Shown here piece by piece: positions 1 to 13,615 of a stretch of 64,000 nucleotides of DNA; within the stretch, counting starts at the first letter, position 1; the number at the start of each line of letters is the position of its first letter. Both the position numbers and the translations under genes were made by a program. Below the pieces are notes generated by a model. That model did no database searches and was not told the DNA's origin. It was given only the letters and a program-made list of their open reading frames with translations. This DNA comes from Eledone cirrhosa (taxonomy: Eukaryota): NCBI GenBank assembly GCA_964016885.1, contig OZ024743.1:235910001-235974000 (forward strand), read 5' to 3'.

Positions 1-684
1 AGGGGGGAACATTGTACTGTTAGTTGCTGAACGCCAATGAAACCAAGATAAAGACTGGCCTAATGACATTCCAGATTTGGAACAGACTTTTTTTTTTCAA
101 TGAAAGAGGATAAAATATATATGGGCTGTGGACAAAAGCTAAAGTAAATTTTAAAAAGCCTTGAAAACTTGTCAATTACACTGAGTCGCTGATCTAGGAG
201 ATTCAATAGGAAAGATGGCAAGATAAAAACAAATAAATCACATGATGGGTGAGTAGACCTACTTGTCCGGGTTTGTTCAGGAGTTTCCATAGCGGAATGA
301 TTGGGGAGGATTCTTGTTTCCAGGCCTATTGTAACTATCTTAAAACTGGATCTCAGCCAAAATTTACAGAGAATATTTTTTTTTTGTTTTTTGTTTTTAT
401 TTTGTTTTCTGTCTTAGAGGTCACCTAGGGTAAAAAACAAAAAAAAATGGGAGAAGAATAAAATATTTATATATATGTATATATATGTATGGACATCAAT
501 ATTGGAGATTTAGGTTGGATAATTTTCATAAAGTAAGAAACTAGGAGTAATGAAACTTTGAAAACATTGCATGATATATATATACATATATATAAAAAAC
601 AAAGAAAAAGTCACCAAGTTCAAGAGTTAATACATTATATATTTGATCTACATGTGTGTCTTTCCCTTCAGATATTGCTCACAA

Positions 685-1139
685 TCTAAACTATAATAAA
701 GTAAGGAGTGCGGGACTGTGTCCAGAATATATTTTTTTATCCCGTTTGTAAAATAAGTTGGATTACTTTGAATAAATAATGAATGAATATTACATAATTT
801 ATCTACTAGATTTCGTGGCTGTTGATTAAATATAAATAATTTTGTGGGTTATTTTAAGATTCACTTCTTTAAAATTTTCAAATGTCAACACTTCCGGTCA
901 GAGATCGCTTAAATAAACATTCATATATTTCCGTCACTAATTTTCTCCTAATGCAGTATATATATAATATCGCCTTTTTTTTAATGTATCATGGATTACG
1001 TTACTGATTACATAAAACAATGTAACGCAGTCTTCGTTCAATTTCTGTGTATATTGTCAATTACGATTTTATTTGATATATCATATCTACATGTATATAT
1101 ACTTGTGTATAATATCAATATGCACACTACACATGCTAG
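685..1139 (+). mobile_element. Non-autonomous Helitron-like element, shorter copy of 51093-51766
   Basis: Starts A|TCTAAACTATAATAAAG and ends CTAG|T. Colinear with 51093-51733 but lacks the terminal hairpin and about 100 bp internally. Confidence 0.75.
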
Positions 1140-2001
1140 TATCCCTATAAACTTTCTAGAGTATTGTGCGTTTGAAAAAGATGAACTTATTGAGGTATTT
1201 ATATATTGGTTAATTCCGAGAAGTCCCATGAGGATGAAACATATGTAAATTAAATGATGATATAAATAACAGTGTTTGGTTATATATTTTCATGTAAAAG
1301 TTTGCACTACATGTGAATAGGCTTGCACATTAGGATTTGAATTGTATGTAGCTATGTGTACTGTTTATTGTAATAAATTATAGTATTTTGATGATATAAC
1401 TGTTTTACCTACATCTTTCCAGTTTTTATATTTGAAAACAAATTTCTTTATATATATATATATATTTAGGGTTAAATGACAAACTCCCAGGTCTTGATAA
1501 TTGTGCCATTAAAACAACAGGGATACATGGAATCTTATGTGAAACTGTTAAACTGCAGGACGTAAACAAATGGCTCCCCTTGTTTAAACAGTGTCAATGT
1601 GAAACAGGCACACACATAGATATACACATATTTATATATATATACATGATGGGTTGGTTTTAACACAGTATGTACAAACACATATGGTTGCTCCTCTGAT
1701 TTTCCCCCCTGTCATTTATCTTTCTTTTTCTTCTCTCTCCAACACCTCCCTCTCACCCATGTATTTATATTCCTCTCTATCTATCTTCAGTCTATCTATC
1801 TTTCCTCTCTATATTCCAATGAAGGACAACTTACAAAATGTTAAAATACTTTTCAAACTACAACTTTTAAACTAGTATACCATTACTGTAATGTACAGCA
1901 ATACTCATCTTTTTCCATTTCTTAGAGGGTTCTAAACCCCACTATCAGGCTAAAATTTCTTTAGAATACGGTGAAAGTTTCTATTTCTAATTTGCTCGCT
2001 G

Positions 2002-3258
2002 TCATCATCATCATCATCATCAACGTTTAACGTCCGTGTTCCACGCTTGCATGGGTTTGGACGGGGGTAGTCCCACTTGAGGCAAGAGTGATTGTCTTGC
2101 TCGCATAGGACTGTCTGGCAGGTTTTCTACAGTTGGATGCCCTTCCTAACACCAACCACATTTACAGTGTGGGTCTGGGAGGTTTTTACCGTGTTGCCTA
2201 CACGGCCACATTACAGCGTGGACTGTGTGTTTTTTTGTCGTGACACCTACACGATCTCATTTGTTTCGGCCTCGATGGCGCGGCACCAACATAACTTTAC
2301 ATAGAACGGGGTGGTGTGGATGGGGTGGGGGTGGTGGTGGTGGGACGGGGTGTATTTTGTTAGAGATGCCTACTGGCTGGAGTAGGTTTTACTATATATT
2401 TAGGTAAGGCGGGTCTTCTCTGTTACTGAGTACCGCCAAAGGTCTCGGTCCAGTGACATTGTCTTGGAGAGGTGTAAGTGTGTGATGTCGGAGTTTATCA
2501 GCTCGTCCCAGGTTTTTCTAGGTCTGCCTATTCCGTGACTACCGTCTATCTTTATTGCCCTGCACTTTGTTATACAGCTATCGACTTTCATGCGCATCAC
2601 GTGTCCATACCAACGTAGCCTTCTCTCGAGTAAACAACATCTGATCCCTCTTATCTCTAATTTTTTCCTTAGTTCGTTTATGCTTTGCCGTTCACGTATA
2701 TTACTGTTACACATCCAGCGGAGCATGCAAGCTTCGTTCCTCTCTAGTCTGCGTATATCCTCTGCACACAATGCCCAGGTCTCACTGCCATGCAGCATTG
2801 CTGTTCGTATGCAGGCATCGTACAACCTGCCTTTCATTTTTAGGGAGAACCCTTTAGCAGCTAATAGTGGTATAAGCTCTCTGAACTTTTTCCAACCAGT
2901 TCTGACCCTAGCTACAGTACTTTCAGAGCACCCTCCCCCACTGGTGATTTTATCGCCCAGGTAACGGAAGCTGTCCACTATTTCTATAGAACCCTCTGTG
3001 CAATTGAAAGAGCTAGTATTTTGTGGGCACTTGCTGCTACTTATTGCACCAGAACACCGGCCACATGTAAAATCTATGTTCTTAGTTAGCTTACCTGTGA
3101 TCCCACTACATCTTTTATGCACCCATACTTTTCATTTAGGACATAAAATGGAGTTTCTACCTATGCCTTTCCTACACACCGAGCACGACCATTTCCCAGA
3201 AGGGATCGCCGCCTTGTTTTCTTTCCTACAAACTAGAACTTTGGTCTTAGCCAGGTTA
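2002..3258 (-). mobile_element. 5'-truncated RTE LINE, family A (young copy)
   Basis: ORFs 3132-3365 and 2400-3122 together match the C-terminal part of the 19087-22269 ORF almost residue for residue. Same 3' UTR, with the (GAT)n tail read as (CAT)n at 2002-2021. The 5' end abuts (TA)n(GA)n. Confidence 0.95.
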
Positions 3259-3261
3259 TAA

Positions 3262-3342
<81 letters not shown>
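3259..3342. repeat. (TA)n(GA)n compound microsatellite
   Basis: Directly visible. Confidence 0.95.
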
Positions 3343-3345
<3 letters not shown>

Positions 3346-6300
3346 TGCGGTGCTGAAACACACAAGCCAATACCGTTTGGTGCCGCAGTCAGGATATTAC
3401 CCCTCTCTCTTTCTCACTAAATATATATATATTACGTAATCCTGTTATATGTATTTCAAAGACATCAAAGTGGTTACATAACAACCCTTTGATGTGTTTT
3501 CAATAGACAGGTGTTATGTTGTAATGTTTACAACTACAGTTGGTAGATTAATTGATCAACCAACGTTTCTTTACTTGAATGATATATATGTATATATATA
3601 TATATATATATACACACACATACATAAAACTTAACACTGAAATTCTTTAAAAAAAAAATCAATAACATTGCATTAAGAAAAAGGTAGAAATTAAATTAAT
3701 CAAAAAAATCTATTTTTTTCTTTATTTTGTGAAAAAAACGAACAATAGGTTTAGATAGGTAATTAACTGCTAACCTATTTAATATGTGAGGCATTAAACA
3801 ATTTCATACACTAAACACTAAATATGTTAGTATTTCATACATTAAACATGAAATACTTTGCTATTTGATATATTAAACACAATACATAACTATTTGATAT
3901 ATTAAACACATAAATACGTTACTATTTCAAACATTAAACACTAAATACAATACTATTTGATACATTAAATACAATATATTACTATTTGATATATTAAACA
4001 CTAAATACATTAGAAATTTCATACGTTATCTCTTAATGTTCTGTACTGCACTAAACTACATTAGCAAGGCATTCTTGAAAAGTGCAAAACAGTGCTATGA
4101 CTGTATCACATAAAAATTTAAAGCCTTTGCTCTAATACCACACATTTTCACAACAATCTGTCCACTAGTAAAGATATGAACAGTTAAATTGCCAAATCCA
4201 TTTTTAGATATTTTCTGTTAAATCCTAACATGATAATATATCATTTTGGATTGACAGAAGCAGTGGAACCTCAGATATCTCGGGGCCTCTTCAAGATCAC
4301 TCCAGTCTGAGTTCAAATCTTGCTCAGGATAACTTTGCCTTTCATCCTTACGGGTTTGATAAAATAGATTATCAGTCCAGGGGTATTGAGTAGACAGAAT
4401 TGTGAGAGAGGGTAGTTTGTAGTATCTGATCAGGATCTGTGTATTCTGAGTTCAAATACCACCTTTTCCTCCTTGGAGTTACAACTAGCAGGTACTATCA
4501 GCAATGTAAAGATCTGGCCTAACATTCAGCTCCTCCTCCAGTTGTGACCAGCAGATAGTATCATTAATATAAGGACCAATGGGAACACTGTTTTCTTGGT
4601 CCATTCTGAGAATTAGTTCAATGTCCATTCCTTCCACCAGGAGTTGTGACCAGGAGATAATGTCATTAATATAAGGACCAATGGACACACTGTTTCCTTG
4701 GTCTGATATGTGAATCAGTTCCTCTCTTCTCTCAAGAGATGTAAACAACTCATAATACCATCAAGAGAAAGAAGACCAATAGAAACATTGTTTCCTTAGT
4801 CTAGCCTGAAGATCAGACCCTATATTTAATATAGACAGTAACTAGATATATATGGTGAAAAAAACAGAAATCCTCATTAAATACTCCATACATAAGTCTA
4901 ACCCTTGCTAGCAGGGAAAGTGGATGTTAAAATGACAATGATGATGATGATGATAATGTTCACACTAATTAACCAATTGTTTTTAATGACCAACACATCT
5001 TTAATTATTTCATAAAAATTTTCTATTTAGGTTTCTTCAGTATTGTATTCCATGTAGTTTATGGTGTTGCTGTTGTTGTTACTGTTGTTACTAGTGCAGT
5101 TTATTATAGTGGTGTTAGTTTTACAGTTAAAGTTGTTAATTCTGTCTGTTGTATTGTTTATATTACTGATGCAGTTTCGTTGTTGCTGTTATCAATATTA
5201 CAGCATTGAAGATGTTAATACAATATATATATAGCTGTTGTTGTTCTTGTAATGAATACAGTATATATAGCTGTTGTTGTAGATATTGTAATGAATGCAG
5301 TATATACAGCTGTTGTTGTTAATGCAGTCAGTTACAAAGCTGCTGTTGTTGTAATGAATGCAGTATACAAAGCTGCTGCTGTTGTTGTTAATGCAATCTG
5401 TGATTACAGAACCATCTAACATTTCCAACATGAAATGATAAACCAATATTGTTATTGTTAAAATGTCTGCAAAGGAATCAGAACAATGATTCTCAGAACT
5501 TTTTATAATGTAATTTTACTGCAAACTAATTATTTTTTACACATACATTCATACATTCATCATTCATACCTATACATAAATATACAAACATTTGTACATA
5601 TATACACACATATCAATTTGAAAATAAACTTCATAATATGGAAGACTTTTTACAATATTTTTTTTAAATAAATTAGTGATTTACTTAAAATACATTTAAA
5701 ATAGAAGTTCAATTTACCACAGGCTGTCATTAAATATAAGCTTTTAATCACAATTATTACCTTTTTTGGAGTTATTTTCCTGCAGAATGATTAAAAAAAC
5801 AAATATATAACTGAAAAGAAATACCCACATAGATCTCTATAAATCAACAATTTCTCACCTGGAGTCACAGACACTTGTGGCTCTATAATGTTAGTTACTT
5901 GGGGTCTGTAAGCTAAGTTTTCAAGTACTATCGGGTCCCCAAAATTAGGAGTGTGTGTGTGGGGGGGATAAGCACTGGACTAAGCATTGGATTAAAGCAG
6001 AGCGGTAATGTTTCTAGGTTGCTGCAGTTGATTTTTTTAAAAACCAGAATTAGTCATTTAGTTTACATATTGAGACCCCAACCCATCCATATGAGATTTC
6101 TAGTAATGTAATTTTTTATCATGTATGATGTTTTTTAGTGTATAAAGAAAATTAAACTAAAATTTTACTGGAGCTAGATTAGAAAAAATTAATAGGTGAG
6201 TTGGGATGGCGTGGGGGTCGGAAAAATTAATAAACAGGGGAGGGGGAACTATTCAAACCCGAGAAAATTAATATACACGCACTATCCATTCTTTTATAAG

Positions 6301-6697
6301 TCTAAACATTTCTTTTTTTATTTATTATCACTGTATAACAATTTCAATGTAGTTTTTTTATAATACACACACTGGGTATTCTTCTCTATAAACATCTCTC
6401 TTTCAAATGTTATTCATTATCATTTAACATCAATTTCTCTACTAGCAAAGGTTGGACAATCTTCACACTGTGTCTATTTAAGCAAGGCTACTAACCTCAT
6501 AAATGGAAGGAAGAAATTATAATAGGGTTCTGTGTGAACATTTATTTAAATGGAGTCCTTGGTAGTGAAACAGTTGGGAGCCCTTAATATATACCAATAT
6601 AATAAAAGGTCCACTCGAATATCTCTTTTTTTTTGTTGGTTTCTGTGGGCAATGCTAGGTCAGGTGACCATACTTTGTTCATACAGAACTGATTTTC

Positions 6698-7605
6698 GCT
6701 CAGGTTCTACAGCTGGATGCCTTTCATAACACCAACGTCATTTACAGTGACTACTGGGTGCTTTTATTCGTGGCACCTACATAAGCACTTTATAGTGTGG
6801 ACTGGGTGCTTTTTGTCGTGACACCTACACAACTACTTTATTGTGTGGACTGGGTGCTTTTCGTCGTGACATCTACACAACCACTTTACAGTGTGGACTG
6901 GGTACTTTTTGTTGCGACACCTACACAACCACTTTAGAGTGTGGACAGGGTGCTTTTTGTCATCATACTTACATGACCCCTATACAGTGGTAGGGTGGGA
7001 CGGGGTGAGTGGGGCAGGGCATACTATATATGCTTCAGCTTCAGCCTGTGCTTGTGGGTTGCCGGGTCTTCTGTATTACTGTGTAATGCCAGAGATCTTG
7101 GTCCTGTGTCATTGCCTTTGAAAGGTGCAATTGGGCATGAGCATCTTCCACTCCAAGGCTTCCACCGACTGAGCGCTCTGCACCTTTTTATACAGCTGTC
7201 ATCCTTCATACGCATCATATGTCTATACCAACGTAATCTCCTCTCTTGCACACATCATTTGATTCTTTTTATGCCTAGTTTCTCAGTTTGCTTATGCTTT
7301 GCTGTTCACATATATTACTATTACACATCCATCGGAGCATGCAAGCTTCATTTCTTTCCAATCTAGGCAAGTCTTCTGCACACAATGCCCAGGTCTCACT
7401 ACCATGCAATATTGCTGTTCATATGCACACATCATACAGTCTGCCTTTTATTTTGATAGAAAAGCTTTTTGTAGCTCGCAGTGGTTGTAGCTCCCTGAAC
7501 TTCCTGCATCTTGTTCTTACTCTGGCTACTGTACTTTCAGAACACCCACCTCTGCTGCTAATTCGGTCACCTAGGTAGCAGAAGCTATCTACTGTTTCTA
7601 CCAAG
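6698..7605 (-). mobile_element. Degenerate RTE LINE fragment (family A relative) with about 5 copies of the 48-bp 3' UTR unit
   Basis: Broken ORFs contain VDSFCYLGDRISSRGGCSESTVARVRT and ERRLRWYRHMMRMKDDSCI. UTR core CTGGATGCCTTTCATAACACCAAC lies near 6713. Confidence 0.85.
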
Positions 7606-7849
7606 CCTTCCCAGAATTTGGTAGCGCTTGTTTCCTGCAGTCGTTTGCTGCTTAAAAATAGCCAGTCAGACAAGTAGACAGTGAAAGGATGAGTAGGGCG
7701 GAAAGAAAGAGTGAGTTCCATAACATAGAAAGGAAATTAGAGAGGTAACATGATAAAATAAAAGTAACATAAAGCACGTGCAAATGAGAAAGAGGAGGGA
7801 GAGGGGTGAGAGGGGAGCGAGAGAGATTTGTAAGATGTCAAAAAAGGAA

Positions 7850-7897
<48 letters not shown>

Positions 7898-8578
7898 GGG
7901 GAGGGAGGGAGGGAGGTAGAGAGAGTGCTGTAGTGGAGAGGACTCATTTAAGCAATGCCTGCACGAAAAACGAATATGATGATGATGATGATGAGGATGA
8001 ATTATGAATGAAATGATAGTGCAGTGTAAATCTAAAACTCAGATAACATTTACCTAGATATTATGACATTATAGCTAATCAGAGATAAGAGATCAAATCT
8101 ATGTTGGTATTATTTCTAAAGTTCTGCAAATATATCAGTTAAAATAATTAGGTTTTCATAGCTGTGAATTTGGTTACACAAATATTCTCACATTTGAACT
8201 TTCAGTCAATTATACTGACACAGATATTGTTAATTTTAGTGAAGGTCATGGATGGTAGAGTTGCTAGAGCAGCCTGTAAAATATCGTACAATAGTTATAG
8301 TCCTTTAGAATCAGAGTTTGAATCTTGCTGAGGTCAGCTTTTCAATGTTCCCGGGTCAATTGACAATATCTTAACCTCAACGAAAAAAAACAACAAATTG
8401 TGGCCCAATGTTATTTGTAGTGATGGTCATGGAAGAATTCAACCTTCAAATCCTGTTGAACTCGGGATTTCAAGTAAGAAATAAAATAACAGCCCCTGGA
8501 TCAATATAATCAATAATACCCCCACCCCCTCCACCAGAATTGCTGGCCTTGTGCCTAAACCAGAACCCATTATTATTA

Positions 8579-8789
8579 GGCTGGTAGATTGGTGGTATCG
8601 GTAGAGCACCGGAAAACTTTATTGCAACATGACTTAAGTTCTGAGTTCAAATCCCACCAAGGTTAACTTTGCCTTTCATCCTTACGGGATCGATAAAATA
8701 AAGTACCAGTAATGCACTGGGGTCAATTTAATTAACTTTTCCCTTCCCTTCATATTGCTGACCCTGTGCCCAAATTAGAAACAATTATT
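8579..8789 (+). mobile_element. tRNA-derived SINE (family 1)
   Basis: A-box-like TGGTGGTATCGG, B-box GAGTTCAAATCC, conserved body GTTAACTTTGCCTTTCATCCTTACGGG-TCGATAAAATAAAGTACCAG and an (ATT)n-like end. At least 8 copies in the window. Confidence 0.85.
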
Positions 8790-8959
8790 GTTTTAGTGAA
8801 GGCCATGGATGGCAAGATTAGTGGGATGTTGAATAGAATGTCTTGCAGTATTAAGGTGTGGCCTTTTGTTCAGCTGAAAAAAGGTGCCAAAAGAAAAGGG
8901 ATGAAGAAAGGAAACACCACAGATGCTGTAGGGTGAATGGCAGGTAGCTTAATTAGGAT

Positions 8960-9535
8960 AGCAACTACAGATAACACACTTAGGATAGCAACTACAGGTA
9001 ACATACTTAGGATAGTAACTACAGGTAAAGGTGGGACAACAGGTAACATAGGACAGTAATTAAAGGTGGGACAACAGGTAACAGAAGACTGTAATTAAAG
9101 GTAGGACAACAAGTAACATAGGACAGTAATTAGAGGTAGGACATCAGGTAACAGAGGACAGTAATTAAAGGTATGACAACAGGTAACATAGGACAGTAAT
9201 TAAAGGTAGGACAACAGGTCACATAGGACAGTAATTAGAGGTAGAGGTGGAACAGGTAACATAGGACAGTAAGGTAAAAGTAGGACAAAAGGTAACATAG
9301 GACAGTAATTAAAGGTAGGACAACAGGTAACACAGGACAATAATTAGAGGTAGAGGTGGGACAACAGGTAACTTAGGACAGTAGAGGTAAAAGTAGGACA
9401 ACAGGTAACATAGGACAGTAATTAGAGGTAGGACAACAGGCAACAGAGGATAGTAATTAAAGGTGGGACAACAGGTAACATAGGACAGTAATTAAAGGTA
9501 GGACAACAGGTAATATAGGACAGTAATTAGAGGTA
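8960..9535. repeat. About 35-bp minisatellite (GGTAGGACAACAGGTAACATAGGACAGTAATTAAA)
   Basis: About 15 imperfect tandem units. Confidence 0.9.
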
Positions 9536-10029
9536 AAGATTGATATAGTATAGGGACGGCTGTGTACACCAGTTGCACTCCAGATAGTATATTGTGGGAG
9601 GTAATATAAAGGGCAATCATAAAATCAAACTTGGCAATTTTATATGTTCCCATGTTTACTAAAGGACAAGGGACCCTAACAGGAGGAAAACCAGTGGAGA
9701 CCCACCAAAACTGTTTTAACAGGGACATTTTAAGGGCTTTGAAAATTATACAAAAATATAAGTTTTAATACATTTTTGTTAGAAATGTGTAAATTCTGGT
9801 ATATTTTGTGATAAATAAACAAGATTACACCACACCACACCACACCACTATCTGCCTGAGGCCCACCTCTGGGTGTGTCTGTGTGTATGTGTGTGTATAT
9901 ATATATACACACACACATATATATAAATAAACAAGATTACACCACACCATATTCTGCCTAGAGGCCCACCTCTCTCTCTGAATGTATGTATATATACACA
10001 CATACATAAATACACACACATATATAAAT

Positions 10030-10092
<63 letters not shown>

Positions 10093-10229
10093 TAAATTTA
10101 CATACACACATATATGTATATGTGTGTATGTCTTATTGCATGTAACTATAGGACCAGACATGTTTTTATGAAGATTCTTGGAGGGGGACGGAGTACACAC
10201 GGACACACATTATGTGTGTCCCCGTGTGT

Positions 10230-10470
10230 GTAAGATATTGAAGAGTGTGTGTAAGATATTGAAGTGTGTGTGTGTATGATATTGAAGTGTGTGTGTGTAT
10301 GATATTGAAGTGTGTGTGTGTGTGTAAGATATTGAAGTGTGTGTGTGTATGATATTGAAGTGTGTGTGTGTGTGTGTAATATATTGAAGTGTGTTTGTGT
10401 GTATGATATTGAAGTTTGTCTGTGTGTGTGTGTATGATATTGAAGTTTGTGTGTGTGTGTAAGATATTGA
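10230..10470. repeat. Compound repeat: GATATTGAAG interspersed with variable (TG)n
   Basis: Directly visible, about 10 units. Confidence 0.9.
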
Positions 10471-10574
10471 AATGTCAAGTAAGACAGTAAACCATAAATC
10501 AAAAAGTAAATTGTTAAATCACCTGAAAATATAAAACTGAAAGGTCAGCAGACCTAGCACACCTACACTACTGC

Positions 10575-11375
10575 TACTGGTGGTGGTGGTGATGGTGGTG
10601 TTGGTGGTGGTGGTGTTGGTGGTGTTGTTGATGGTGGTGGTAGTGGTGTTGGTCGTGGTGATGGTGGTGGTAGTGGTGTTGGTCGTGGTGTTGGTGGTGG
10701 TGGTGATGGTGGTGGTGTTTGTGATGGCGGTGGTGATGGCGGTGTTGGTGGTGGTGATGGTGGTGGTGGTGATGGTGGTGGTGGTGATGGTGGTGGTGTT
10801 GGTGGTGGTGTTGGTGGCGGTGTTGGTGATGGTGGTGGTAGTGGTGGTGGTGGTAGTGGTGTTGGTCGTGGTGATGGTGGTGTTGGTGGTGGTGGTGGTG
10901 GTGTTGGTGGTGGTGTTTGTGATGCGGTGTTGGTGGTGGTGATGGTGGTAGTGGTGTTGGTAGTGGTGGTGATGGTGTTGGTGGGGGTGATGGTGGTGTT
11001 GGTGGTGGTGGTGATAGTGGTGGTGATGGTGGTGGTGGTAGTGATGTTGGTGGTGGTGGTGATGGTGGTAGTGGTGATGGTGGTATTGGTGATGGTAGTG
11101 GTGATGATGGTGGTGGTGATGGTGGTGGTGGTGATGGTAGTGGTGGTGATGGTAGTGGTGGTGGTAGTGGTGGTGTTGGTGGTGTTGATGGTAGTGGTGG
11201 TGGTGGTGATGGTGTTGGTGGTGGCGGTGTGGTCTTTGTGATGGTGGTGGTGTGGTAGTAGTGGTGATGGTGGTGGTGGTGGTAGTAGTGGTGGTGGTGG
11301 TGTGGTAGTAGTGTTGATGGTGGTGGTGGTAGTGGTCTTTGTGATGGTGGTGGTAGTGGTGTGGTAGTAGTGATG
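10575..11375. repeat. Degenerate (GGT/GAT/GTT)n trinucleotide array
   Basis: Directly visible. Explains the poly-His/Thr/Pro/Val ORFs on both strands. Confidence 0.95.
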
Positions 11376-11611
11376 GCCACCACCCCAGCAATCACCACTG
11401 TCTGTCTGCCCATCATGCTCACTTCATACAGAGAGGGGGATGCCAAGCAAGTACAGAGAGAGAGAAGAGAAATAGAGAGAGATAATGTGTGAGTGTATGT
11501 GTGTATATGTGTATGTTTATGGGTGTATGTGTATGTGTGTGTGTATGTGTATATGTGTGTGTGTGTATGGGTGACAGAAAGAGGGAGATGATGTTGCTCT
11601 TATCTAGCAAT

Positions 11612-11755
11612 AATAATAATAATTTTCTACTTTAGGCACAAGGCCAGCAATTACCCAGTGTATTACTGGTACTTTATTTTATCGACCCCATAAGGATGAA
11701 AGGCAAAGTTAACCTCGGCGGGATTTGAACTCAGAATGGCAAGGGCCGTAACTAA
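11612..11755 (-). mobile_element. 5'-truncated SINE (family 1)
   Basis: Reverse complement of the body and B-box seen at 8579, 17225 and 22977. Confidence 0.85.
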
Positions 11756-11787
11756 TAATGTCATAATTATACGTAGTTATAATTATT

Positions 11788-13185
11788 TCTACACTACTAT
11801 ACATAGTATAATACTACACTACTATACATAGTATAATACTACACTACTATACATAGTATAATACTACACTACTATACATAGTATAATACTACACTACTAT
11901 ACATAGTATAGTACTACACTACTATACATTGTATAATACTACACTACTATACATAGTATAGTACTACACTACTATACATAGTATAGTACTACACTACTAT
12001 TCATAGTATAATACTACACTACTATACATAGTATAATACTACACTACTATACATAGTATAGTACTACACTACTATACATAGTATAGTACTACACTACTAT
12101 ACATAGTATAGTACTACACTACTATACATAGTATAATACTACACTACTATACATAGTATAATACTACACTACTATACATAGTATAGTACTACACTACTAT
12201 ACATTGTATAATACTACACTACTATACATAGTATAGTACTACACTACTATACATAGTATAGTACTACACTACTATTCATAGTATAATACTACACTACTAT
12301 ACATAGTATAATACTACACTACTATACATAGTATAGTACTACACTACTATACATAGTATAGTACTACACTACTATACATAGTATAGTACTACACTACTAT
12401 ACATAGTATAATACTACACTACTATACATAGTATAATACTACACTACTATACATAGTATAGTACTACACTACTATACATAGTATAGTACTACACTACTAT
12501 ACATAGTATAGTACTACACTACTATACATAGTATAATACTACACTACTATACATAGTATAGTACTACACTACTATACATAGTATAGTACTACACTACTAT
12601 ACATAGTATAGTACTACACTACTATACATAGTATAGTACTACACTACTATACATAGTATAGTACTACACTACTATACATAGTATAGTACTACACTACTAT
12701 ACATAATATATTACTACACTACTACACATAGTATATTACTACACTACTACACATAGTATAGTACTACACTATTATACATAGTATAGTACTACACTACTAT
12801 ACATAGTATAGTACTACACTACTATACATAGTATAGTACTACACTACTATACATAGTATAGTACTACACTACTATACATAGTATAGTACTACACTACTAT
12901 ACATAGTATAGTACTACACTACTATACATAGTATAGTACTACACTACTATACATAGTATAGTACTACAGTACTATACATAATATATTACTACACTACTAC
13001 ACATAGTATAGTACTACTATACTATACATAGTATAGTACTACACTATTATATATAGTATAGTACTACACTACTATTCATAGTATAGTACTACACTACTAT
13101 ACATAGTATAGTACTACACTACTATACATAGTATAGTACTACACTACTATACATAGTTTAGTACTACACCTCTATACATATTAAA
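11788..13185. repeat. 25-bp tandem satellite (ACTACACTACTATACATAGTATA[A/G]T), about 56 units
   Basis: Period 25 (ACTATACATA at 11821, 11846, 11871). Confidence 0.97.
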
Positions 13186-13380
13186 TATATAGTATGAAAT
13201 GTTACACACTACATTAACAATATGAAATGATACACTTCACCCCTTACCATACTCCATTGAAGACTCTCTCCAAGCATTTAGTACTACTCTCACTAAGTTG
13301 CTGTAACATCTTAAAGTTTCTTACATAAACATTAAGATGAGATTCTATAGAAATACAAACACATAAAAACAGTTTTATAT

Positions 13381-13615
13381 GATAGAACCAGGGTAGACTG
13401 AGGTTGTATTGTATCATAGAACCAGGGTATTGAGGTTGTATTGTATCATAGAACCAGGGTAGATTGAGGTTGGATTGTATCATAGAACCAGGGTAGATTG
13501 AGGTTGGATTGTATCATAGAACCAGGGTAGATTCAGGAATATTGTATCATAGAACCAGGGTATTGAGGTTGTATTGTATCATAGAACCAGGGTAGATTGA
13601 GGTTGGATTGTATCA
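13381..13615. repeat. About 34-bp minisatellite (TATCATAGAACCAGGGTAGATTGAGGTTGGATTG)
   Basis: About 7 units. Core TGTATCATAGAACCAGGG is shared with the adjacent degenerate MITE-derived array 13615-14245. Confidence 0.85.

Noticed and set aside
60-290. 76-aa ORF and other short AT-rich ORFs (e.g. 991-1248, 14850-15080, 30423-30692)
   Set aside because: No recognisable motifs. 991-1248 lies mostly within a Helitron copy.
5925-6265. Possible MITE with TACTATCGGG / CCCGAGAAA ends
   Set aside because: The terminal match is too short and degenerate, with no second copy in the window.
10519-11446. His-, Pro-, Thr- and Val-rich 100-290 aa ORFs (extensin/mucin-like)
   Set aside because: They are translations of a (GGT)n-type microsatellite, open in several frames on both strands. 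The same applies to 24694-24972 and 46999-47580.
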